Positions 37,175 to 45,150 of a stretch of 64,000 bases of DNA are shown in pieces. The notes under the pieces are model-generated. The model searched no databases. It was not told the DNA's origin and saw nothing but the letters and a program-made list of their open reading frames with translations. This DNA comes from Arcobacteraceae bacterium. GTDB lineage: Bacteria > Campylobacterota > Campylobacteria > Campylobacterales > Arcobacteraceae. The stretch lies in the NCBI GenBank assembly GCA_029934475.1, contig JAOZMC010000002.1, positions 27 to 64,026 on the forward strand, written 5' to 3'. Positions within the stretch are counted from its first letter, which is position 1; the number at the start of each line of letters is the position of its first letter. The position numbers and the translations under genes are program-made.

Positions 37175-37213
37175 CTAGTCATATAGATATTGGATAGCAT
37201 AAAATCGAACGAC

Positions 37214-37242
37214 ACAAACCCCAAAATATATTTGGGGTTTGT
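37214..37242 (+). terminator. Strong hairpin between giant gene 2 and the T2SS-like operon (terminator/attenuator or RNA-stability element)
   Basis: Perfect 12-bp stem ACAAACCCCAAA/TTTGGGGTTTGT with a 5-nt loop, 40 nt after the stop. No U-tract follows on the + strand. Confidence 0.5.
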
Positions 37243-37274
37243 AGATAATATAGAGTTCAACTCAAAAGGAAAAT

Positions 37275-38150
37275 ATGAAAAACTCTGTAGTGTTGCCATT
37301 TGTGCTTATGTTTGTGATGTCGTTTTCTATGCTTGTAGTAAATTTCGTTCAGAGCACTAGCCATATCATAGAGCAAAATCCATATCAAGATATAATCATA
37401 TCAAATACAGCGATAAACTCTATCAAGACAACCATAGTGAAGGCTCTAGCACCATACAGTAAAGTTCCAGACGAAGAGGTGTTGGCAATGTTGGCAAACA
37501 TAACCATAACTGATAAAAAAAATATCATAACTATGTCTGTCAGCATAGAAAAAGCCCCAACACTGATAGATATAAATCGTATGTTTGTATTTAACAAGAG
37601 ATTTAACCAATGGAAACTTAAAGACAAAATAAGAGTATGGCTAGTTGATGCTTTGAGTTTAAGGTTTGAATTAAATGAGCCATACTACTTGATAATGCTA
37701 CTAGAAAACACTTTAAATCATAATAGTGAGATAGTTTCAGAAAACTTTAGATATAATGAGGGGAAAATATATAGTTTGAAACATTTTTACAAAACTGTGG
37801 ATTATTATAAATTCTTTACAAGTGATGATATGATAGACAAAATACAATTTGAAGATATGTTTAGTTTCGACGATACAAACGATACTAGATATTGTGATGA
37901 TATGACCGATGTTGTATCAAAGCTTGTATCGGACGAGTATGATACAGAGGATTCTGGGATTGATTGTGAAAGCCCTACGGCAATTGTCAAGGAAAAATTA
38001 GATAGCTTGGGTATAATAAGTGGAAATGATAGCAGCTCACAAAAAGTCACAGGAACAGTGAGCTTCACATCTAACAACAAAGAAAAAATAGCAAACTTTG
38101 CTTATGATTTCAAAAAAAAGGAGATAACAAGTTTTGATATTCGGTTCTAG
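37275..38150 (+). CDS. Bitopic protein, first gene of the T2SS-like operon (GspK-like minor pseudopilin by position/topology only)
   Basis: 291 aa with RBS AAGGA. It has an N-terminal hydrophobic helix (VVLPFVLMFVMSFSMLVV) without the Glu5 motif and an acidic C-terminal region. No family motif recognised. Confidence 0.45.
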   Translation: MKNSVVLPFVLMFVMSFSMLVVNFVQSTSHIIEQNPYQDIIISNTAINSIKTTIVKALAPYSKVPDEEVLAMLANITITDKKNIITMSVSIEKAPTLIDINRMFVFNKRFNQWKLKDKIRVWLVDALSLRFELNEPYYLIMLLENTLNHNSEIVSENFRYNEGKIYSLKHFYKTVDYYKFFTSDDMIDKIQFEDMFSFDDTNDTRYCDDMTDVVSKLVSDEYDTEDSGIDCESPTAIVKEKLDSLGIISGNDSSSQKVTGTVSFTSNNKEKIANFAYDFKKKEITSFDIRF

Positions 38151-38970
38151 CAAAAGCAATCACTTTTTTTTGGATAAAAATACAAAAGAGTTTGCTACTC
38201 ACTCTGTCAATATTATACTGTCTCCTAGTTTTTATTGGACTAAGATACAAGAGATACCAGTGCTTACAGTATATGGTGCAAAAGAGTATTCTAATTCTAT
38301 ATTTGAAGGACTATTGCCAGAGGGCAACTGGACATATTTTGTTCAAAAAGAAGCAAAAAATCTATATAGATTTTTTGCTTTTGATCAAGATGAGCTTTTG
38401 GATTTTATCATATCAATAGGTGGCGACGAGCAGTATGTTCGCTCTTTGTATTTTGCACAAAATGAGTTTGATGATATATTGGACGATGAACAGTCAAAGT
38501 TTATATCTATAAGCGATAACAAATGTATGACAAAAATTCAAAACTCTGTCGTACTAGTGCCAAAAACTATAGTAACAGATAGTATAGATATGGATGATAT
38601 CTTAGATGATATAAAACTTTCACAACATGATATAAAAATAGATACCAACATCAGTATAAACACAGATATATTTATGGTGTTTATAGTTGTGGGATTGATA
38701 TTTTCATCTGGATTTGTTATAAATATAATCAACTATAACATGGAGATAGCAAAACTAGAAAACAATATTACAGAAAAAATCAAAATTCTAAAGCTACCAG
38801 AGACATCATTTGAACTAGAAGCTATAGCTACACAAAGTTCTGCAAAGATAAAAGAGCAAATAAACATAAGAAAAAATATCAAACAAATAAGCTCTATAAA
38901 AACAACACAATACGGCAAAATAAAGAAGCTAAAAATAACAAAAGAAAAGTTATCGGTATATGACAAATAA
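38134..38970 (+). CDS. Bitopic protein with about 180-aa cytoplasmic part, one central TM helix and C-terminal coiled segment (GspL/PilM-N-like by topology)
   Basis: 278 aa with a TTG start that overlaps the upstream gene by 17 nt. TM helix FMVFIVVGLIFSSGFVINIINY. Assignment is by architecture, not by motif. Confidence 0.45.
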   Translation: MIFGSSKSNHFFLDKNTKEFATHSVNIILSPSFYWTKIQEIPVLTVYGAKEYSNSIFEGLLPEGNWTYFVQKEAKNLYRFFAFDQDELLDFIISIGGDEQYVRSLYFAQNEFDDILDDEQSKFISISDNKCMTKIQNSVVLVPKTIVTDSIDMDDILDDIKLSQHDIKIDTNISINTDIFMVFIVVGLIFSSGFVINIINYNMEIAKLENNITEKIKILKLPETSFELEAIATQSSAKIKEQINIRKNIKQISSIKTTQYGKIKKLKITKEKLSVYDK

Positions 38971-39346
38971 AAATAAAAATTATCTACTAATAGCTTTTGT
39001 GGTTGGGTTTATTCTGCTTTTTATAACTACAAATAAATTTGAATCAAAAAAAGATGATGCTGTAACAAAATACACCACGATGCAAAAACTGCTACTAGAT
39101 GTAGAAAAAAACAAAGACAAATTTACTTATGAAAAAACCAAAGCCATAATAGATTCTGCTACATTTAAACAATATATAAAAACAGAAGAAAAAGAAAACT
39201 TGACAACGATAGTGTTTAATGCTCCATTAAAAATAGCAAATGCTTTCATTCGAAAGCTGGCAAATTCAGATTCATTGTTGGGCGAAATAGAGATACAACA
39301 AATAGAAAAAAGAGTCAAGATAATAATCAGGATAAAAAATGGATAA
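38960..39346 (+). CDS. Small bitopic protein (GspM-like by size/topology)
   Basis: 128 aa with N-terminal TM helix YLLIAFVVGFILLFITT followed by about 100 aa of periplasmic alpha/beta region. Overlaps both neighbours. Confidence 0.45.
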   Translation: MTNKNKNYLLIAFVVGFILLFITTNKFESKKDDAVTKYTTMQKLLLDVEKNKDKFTYEKTKAIIDSATFKQYIKTEEKENLTTIVFNAPLKIANAFIRKLANSDSLLGEIEIQQIEKRVKIIIRIKNG

Positions 39347-39923
39347 TATAAAAGCTATTTTATCTGTAATTATAGACAGACTAAGAGGACTAGAGAGCAT
39401 GCATATAGGTGGTGGTGTGAAGTTTCTCTTGTATGGCTTTTTGATACTGTTTTTTATAGTTTTTTTGTCACCCAAACAACAGCTCTATTTTTATCTCGAA
39501 GAAAAACTACAGCCATATAAAATCATAATATATCAAGAAAAGATTGAGCCGTTAAACACAGGTATATGGCTAAAAGATGGTATGGTCTCTTATGACAAGA
39601 TATTTATAGGATTGTTTAGCAATATAGTCATAAATACATATTTTTTCAAGACAAATATAGTCGTAGATGGTTTTCTGATAGACAAGGATTTTGAGATGTT
39701 TATACCATCAAAGATAGACAAGATAGCACTATCTCATAGTATTGTAAATCCGCTAAATGTTATCATAGAAGCGAAAGGAGAGTTTGGTGAGCTTGATGGG
39801 ACTTATGATTTTATCAGCGGTAAGCTAAAGCTGAAACTAAAGCCTAGCGATATCATGAAAACAAAAAAAGCATCACTAAAACTCATGACAAAAACCAAAG
39901 ATGGATACAAATATGAGAAATAG
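39339..39923 (+). CDS. Bitopic protein (GspN-like by size/topology)
   Basis: 194 aa with TM helix FLLYGFLILFFIVFL and a beta-rich periplasmic part ending in a GEFGELDGTYDFISGKLKLKLK-type motif. Confidence 0.4.
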   Translation: MDNIKAILSVIIDRLRGLESMHIGGGVKFLLYGFLILFFIVFLSPKQQLYFYLEEKLQPYKIIIYQEKIEPLNTGIWLKDGMVSYDKIFIGLFSNIVINTYFFKTNIVVDGFLIDKDFEMFIPSKIDKIALSHSIVNPLNVIIEAKGEFGELDGTYDFISGKLKLKLKPSDIMKTKKASLKLMTKTKDGYKYEK

Positions 39924-40818
39924 AGGTATGATAGCAAACGGACTGCTAATAATAGCTTTGATATATCTTTTCATGTCTGTAGTCAAGATATTTTTGCCTA
40001 TAACATCTGTAGAGCTACAAAAAGAAATTGACTATAATTTTGCATTTAACTACTCTTTACAAAATATTTACAAAGATAAAACAAAGAAAAAAGGCAGTCA
40101 AAATAGATCTAGCTTGGATTTTAAGCTTATAGGTATATATAGCGATGGTAAAAACAGTGTGGTGATAGTCAGCAAAGATAAAAGAACTGAAGTGGTAGCA
40201 GTAGGCGAAGAATATAAAGGCTATAAGCTAGTGGATACTACAAACATATTGGCTATATGGACTAGAGACAATACCCACTATGAACTTTCTATAGAAGATA
40301 CAAAAGATAGAAAGATAGAAGCAGCATACAAAATAGAAAATGATGATCCTTTTGGAACAAAAGAGATAAAATACACCGATATACAATACTACAAAAAAAA
40401 TCCACAAAAACTTTGGGATGAGATAAATATAAACAAAACAAAGGCGGGCTACACAGTAACCAAGATAGAGCCAGGCTCAAAGCTATCTACAATAGGTCTA
40501 AAAAAGGGCGATATTATAAAAGTTATAAATGGAACTGAACTGAAAGAAGACAGAGATGCTATAAAATTCTATAAAGATATAAAAAATTTAGAATTTATAA
40601 TCATTTCTGTCTTGCGTGGCGATAAATATATAGATATAGAGTATAATATAAAATCAGAACGACAACTACCAGAAGAAGAAGAGCCAAATGAGCAAATAAT
40701 GCCTGAAAAAGAAGATATTAATATAGAACAGATAGAAATTAAAGAAAAAAACGATACAATAGAAAAAAAGCAAGACAAAAGGTCTAAAAGCAACAATACA
40801 CTAGAGGATAACAGATGA
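39901..40818 (+). CDS. gspC: T2SS protein C-like (TM anchor + HR-like region + PDZ domain)
   Basis: 305 aa with N-terminal TM helix LLIIALIYLFMSVV and PDZ signature LSTIGLKKGDIIKVINGTEL. It lies immediately upstream of the secretin and is coupled to it (ATGA). The true start may be 39913 or 39928. Confidence 0.65.
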   Translation: MDTNMRNRGMIANGLLIIALIYLFMSVVKIFLPITSVELQKEIDYNFAFNYSLQNIYKDKTKKKGSQNRSSLDFKLIGIYSDGKNSVVIVSKDKRTEVVAVGEEYKGYKLVDTTNILAIWTRDNTHYELSIEDTKDRKIEAAYKIENDDPFGTKEIKYTDIQYYKKNPQKLWDEININKTKAGYTVTKIEPGSKLSTIGLKKGDIIKVINGTELKEDRDAIKFYKDIKNLEFIIISVLRGDKYIDIEYNIKSERQLPEEEEPNEQIMPEKEDINIEQIEIKEKNDTIEKKQDKRSKSNNTLEDNR

Positions 40819-43016
40819 GAATGATAGTAAAAGTTTTGATGGTAGTTATACTATTTGGCAACTTTGCTTTTGGCAAAGATACTGTAAACATAAACTTCAA
40901 AGGACTAAACATACGGGACTTTGTCAAAATGGTAGCAAAGATACGAAACGAAAATATACTTATAGGCAGTAAGCTAAGCGGAAGTATAAACTTCATATCG
41001 GTCAAGCCAATACCAAAGAAATCACTCATGACACTACTAAATCATGTGCTAGAAACCAAGGGCTTCACTCTAGTTCGCACAGGACATAGGTATCTCAAAG
41101 TAGTCAAAATAGCAGATGCAGGTAGATCGGGATTGCCAGTAAATACAACTAAAGATACTTTCCAGATTGTCACAGAGATCATAGAAGTAGATGGAATGAA
41201 TGTTGACTTGTTGGTAACCAAGCTAAGACATCTAGTGACCAAAAACTCAAAAATAACCACTTCAAAAGAGACAAATGCTTTGATAGTTACCGATTATCCA
41301 GACAAAATCAAAAGTATAAAAAAGATTATAAATCTACTATCAAGTAAAAGTCAGCTAAGAACACAAGTGATAAGACTAGAGCATATAAAGGCAGATGTAA
41401 TAGGACCAGACATACTCAAAATTACCAAAAACCTATTTGACCCAAAAATAGCAAAAAACAATCTTGATATCATCGTCAATACAAAGACAAATACTATAAC
41501 TTTGGTCGGCAGACAATCCCAGATAGATAGAGTAGCCGAGCTAATAAACGACGCAGACAACCAAGACGACAAATCATCTATAGTCATGGAAGTAATACCC
41601 ATAAACAATAGTAGTGCCGAAGAGATGATAAAAATACTAGAGAAATTTTATGCCACAAAAGGCAAAAATGTTCTATATCAACCAAGCTTTATGAACGACA
41701 AAGAACTCAACTCTGTCATAGTGAGAGCTAGAAAAAGAGATATAGATGATATCTTTGATGTCATCAAAAAACTAGATGTACCAAAACCACAAGTATATGT
41801 AAAAGCAAGGATTATAGAGATATCTGATGAAAAGGCCAGTGATATAGGAATCAAATATGGTCTAACTGGTGGCAAAGTGACCAGCAATGGTCTCATGACA
41901 ATGAGTGCAAATATGGGCGGACAGTCAATAGCAGTAGATAGCACACTGATGAGCTATATAGATATAGACACAAATCTAAAAGAGTTTTTTGCACTTGGTG
42001 CTACATTGTCGCTGCTACAAAGAGATGGAGCGGCTGAAGTGTTGAGCGAACCGTCACTGCTTTGTCTAAATAACAAAGAGTCAGAGATATATGTAGGAAA
42101 TACCCAATCAGTCGTGACAACAACAGCAAAAGGCACCACTAGCACATCCGATACTACAAACAGCTACAAAAGAGAAGATATAGGTCTAACACTCAAGATA
42201 AAACCACGACTCTCAAGTGACAACAAAGTTACTCTAGAAGTTTCTACTATCATTGAAGATGTGCTAGGATCAGATAGCAACGGACAGCCCATAACCACCA
42301 AAAGAACAGTCAAAACTACAGCCATAGTAAACGATGCAGAGTTAGTCATGTTAGGCGGTCTAAACAAAACAAAAGAGACTACAGATATATCAAAAGTGCC
42401 GTTGCTGGGTGATATACCTGTGCTTGGAGCATTGTTTAGAAACACAAATAAAACCATGTCAAAAACATCTCTGGCTATCATGTTAACTCCATATATCATA
42501 GATGAAAACAGAAACATAAGCAAACTCAGAAATGACTTAAATATGTTAGCATTAGCTCAAGATGACTATACCACTAAAGCTATGGCAATACTTGACAACG
42601 GTGATGTGCGAGAAGTTCGGCTAGAAAAGAGAAAGACCAAAAACCCAGACAATATCTCAAGTCCCACAGCCAAAAAAAGCTTTATAAAACGATCAAGCCC
42701 ACAAGCACAACAAAGATATTATAACAAGCCCAAAACTTATAAAAAGCCCAAAAAAACCAAAAAGTATTACAAGCAACAACCAAAAGGCAAATACAATATA
42801 TATGTTGGTAAGTATTATAGTTTTAGCGAGATCAAAGAGATAAGAAACGACAAAAAAGTAAATACAAACACAGATATGAAGCTAAACTATGATGGCAAAA
42901 ATATATTTGAAGTGAGTGTCGGTCCATACAGGACTATGACAAAGACTAAAAAAATCTTAAAATATATAAAAGAGAAATACAACGAAGATGCCTATATCAA
43001 AGACAAAATAAAATAG
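40815..43016 (+). CDS. gspD: T2SS secretin GspD with C-terminal Lys-rich linker and SPOR-like domain
   Basis: 733 aa with signal peptide and N0 domain (VNINFKGLNIRDFVKMVAKI...NILIG). The secretin core includes VPLLGDIPVLGALFR. A 120-aa C-terminal extension follows. Confidence 0.9.
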   Translation: MRMIVKVLMVVILFGNFAFGKDTVNINFKGLNIRDFVKMVAKIRNENILIGSKLSGSINFISVKPIPKKSLMTLLNHVLETKGFTLVRTGHRYLKVVKIADAGRSGLPVNTTKDTFQIVTEIIEVDGMNVDLLVTKLRHLVTKNSKITTSKETNALIVTDYPDKIKSIKKIINLLSSKSQLRTQVIRLEHIKADVIGPDILKITKNLFDPKIAKNNLDIIVNTKTNTITLVGRQSQIDRVAELINDADNQDDKSSIVMEVIPINNSSAEEMIKILEKFYATKGKNVLYQPSFMNDKELNSVIVRARKRDIDDIFDVIKKLDVPKPQVYVKARIIEISDEKASDIGIKYGLTGGKVTSNGLMTMSANMGGQSIAVDSTLMSYIDIDTNLKEFFALGATLSLLQRDGAAEVLSEPSLLCLNNKESEIYVGNTQSVVTTTAKGTTSTSDTTNSYKREDIGLTLKIKPRLSSDNKVTLEVSTIIEDVLGSDSNGQPITTKRTVKTTAIVNDAELVMLGGLNKTKETTDISKVPLLGDIPVLGALFRNTNKTMSKTSLAIMLTPYIIDENRNISKLRNDLNMLALAQDDYTTKAMAILDNGDVREVRLEKRKTKNPDNISSPTAKKSFIKRSSPQAQQRYYNKPKTYKKPKKTKKYYKQQPKGKYNIYVGKYYSFSEIKEIRNDKKVNTNTDMKLNYDGKNIFEVSVGPYRTMTKTKKILKYIKEKYNEDAYIKDKIK

Positions 43017-44240
43017 ATGTTATACAAATATACAGGAGTTGATAAGCAGTTCAAAAAAGTCTCAGCCACGATAGAAGCAAACAACTTGGATGAAGCCAAA
43101 AAAACTCTTAGACAAAGTGGTATAATGTTCAACTCCATAAAGGCTCAGCAACAAAACAGCTTAGAGTTCATGTCCGTTCTTTTTACAAAAGAATTGACAA
43201 AAAAAGAGCTATCTACTCTCAGCAGAGATCTGAGCTTCTATATCAAATCTGGTATAAATATATCAAGTGCTTTGAAGCTAGCAATATCACAATACAGTGA
43301 CTCAAAAAAGATCAAAAATTTTTTAGGTGAGGTTAGCAGATCTATAGATGAGGGCAAGGATTTTGCTACATCGCTTAGTATCCAAAAACAGATAAAACTT
43401 CCTCAATTTTATGTGCAAAGTATCAAAGCATCACAAAATGGAGGCATGCTTGATAATGTATTGATGGAACTATCTACATTTATATCAAATCAAGACAAGA
43501 TACAAAAAAAAATATCAAATGCCCTAGCATACCCTATGTTTATCGTCATAAGTGCATTGCTTATGGTAGTATTTATGCTAAGCTACGTAGTACCAAAAGT
43601 CATAGGTATATTTGAACAAAACAAACAAGAGCTACCGCTCATCACCAAATATGTGCTAGCTTCGAGCGATTTTGTGGGTGATTATTATGTGACAATACTG
43701 GTGCTAATAGTTTCTACTATATTTGCCGTGAAATATCTAAATAAAATTTCACCCTTGTTTCGCTACTCTTATGATGGTATCATCTTGAAGCTTCCACTTT
43801 TTGGTCCTATCATACTTATAAGTGAGTTGTCACGATTTAGCTATATGTGTTCGTTGTTGTTGCGGTCTGGCATGACATTGGTTGAGACAGTCAAGCTATC
43901 ATCTCAACTTTTGGACAATGTAGTCTTGGCCAAGATATTTGACGACAGTTCTACTTTTGTAGTCCAAGGCGGCAAACTCTCCTCCTCTTTGATGAGTAGA
44001 AATATTGATATACTGCCCAAAAGTTTCATCCAGTCTATCGCTCTAGGTGAAGAGACTAGTATGTTGCAAACTGTACTTTCTACACAGGCGGTGCGGTTTG
44101 ACGAAGACAACAGCGACAAGATAACTTTCATGCTATCACTTCTTGAACCTATCATGATGCTAGTTGTTGGCACTATCATCGCCATAATCGTCCTAGCCAT
44201 GATGTTGCCGATATTTTCTATAAATATAGGTGGTATGTAG
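43017..44240 (+). CDS. gspF: T2SS inner-membrane platform protein GspF
   Basis: 407 aa with a duplicated GspF domain, three TM segments and a typical C-terminus (LLEPIMMLVVG...MLPIF). Confidence 0.9.
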   Translation: MLYKYTGVDKQFKKVSATIEANNLDEAKKTLRQSGIMFNSIKAQQQNSLEFMSVLFTKELTKKELSTLSRDLSFYIKSGINISSALKLAISQYSDSKKIKNFLGEVSRSIDEGKDFATSLSIQKQIKLPQFYVQSIKASQNGGMLDNVLMELSTFISNQDKIQKKISNALAYPMFIVISALLMVVFMLSYVVPKVIGIFEQNKQELPLITKYVLASSDFVGDYYVTILVLIVSTIFAVKYLNKISPLFRYSYDGIILKLPLFGPIILISELSRFSYMCSLLLRSGMTLVETVKLSSQLLDNVVLAKIFDDSSTFVVQGGKLSSSLMSRNIDILPKSFIQSIALGEETSMLQTVLSTQAVRFDEDNSDKITFMLSLLEPIMMLVVGTIIAIIVLAMMLPIFSINIGGM

Positions 44241-44629
44241 TGAAAACATCGTTTTTGCTTATAGAGGCTATCATGGCTATAGTTATATTGTCGTTTTCTC
44301 TTGTGGGATTGTTGCAGTTAAATGGCACAACTATGGATATGTTGGCATTTGTATCTAGCAGAAGTTCGCTATATCAAGATGCCTCGCTAGTCAGTCAAAC
44401 TATCACCAAAGACTACAACAAAAAAACAAAATCTGCCTACGATATAGTATCAAAAAAATACAATATAGATAATCTCGATGTCAAACAAGCATTGTCAAAA
44501 GAGAAATACAAGATAAAAGTAGACAGTTATTCACAGCTAGTATTTGCTGATATATTTACGATAGATATCCATAGGATATCACTCTCAAACGAAAAAAATA
44601 AAATCCAAATATATAAATTAACCCCATGA
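44240..44629 (+). CDS. Pseudopilin (minor-type), prepilin-like N-terminus MKTS/FLLIEAIMAIVIL
   Basis: 129 aa with a GTG start overlapping the gspF stop. It has the F-x-L-I-E motif followed by a hydrophobic helix, with Ser rather than Gly at -1. Confidence 0.6.
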   Translation: MKTSFLLIEAIMAIVILSFSLVGLLQLNGTTMDMLAFVSSRSSLYQDASLVSQTITKDYNKKTKSAYDIVSKKYNIDNLDVKQALSKEKYKIKVDSYSQLVFADIFTIDIHRISLSNEKNKIQIYKLTP

Positions 44630-45150
44630 ATACATACAAGACACCAGCATTTACTATCATGGAGCTACTCATCTCTGTCATAATCATAGGTATGATATTT
44701 ACGTTTTCATTTCAAGTGTTTAACTATACCAAAACAAACCAAAACAATATAAACAGATCTATCCAAAAAAACTCGACAGATAGTATGAAAATCAAGCTGA
44801 TGTATATGGATATAGTCAATATGAAGAAAAAGTTTGAGATAAACAACAAGTTTAACCAAGATTTGGATATAATATACCTACAGACAACCAACTCTATGTA
44901 TAAGCGGGATTATAGCTTTGTGGTCTATAAAGTAGTAGACGAAAAGCTATATAGAGTAGAATCAAGCAACAAACTAAGAGACGACAAGTTTGGTATGAAA
45001 AAGGATATAGATATGTTATTTGACGAAGTGGAGATTTTTAAAGTGTACGAAGATACAACAAAACACAACACAACACAAACAAACAAGAACAAACTAGTGT
45101 TTTTGAAAACAAAGACAAACTTAATAAGATTTGAGGTAGCAGGTATATGA
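44626..45150 (+). CDS. Pseudopilin (minor-type), prepilin-like N-terminus ...TPA/FTIMELLISVIIIG
   Basis: 174 aa with the FT(I/L)xEL methylation motif and Ala at -1, as in Campylobacter Cts pseudopilins. Confidence 0.65.
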   Translation: MNTYKTPAFTIMELLISVIIIGMIFTFSFQVFNYTKTNQNNINRSIQKNSTDSMKIKLMYMDIVNMKKKFEINNKFNQDLDIIYLQTTNSMYKRDYSFVVYKVVDEKLYRVESSNKLRDDKFGMKKDIDMLFDEVEIFKVYEDTTKHNTTQTNKNKLVFLKTKTNLIRFEVAGI

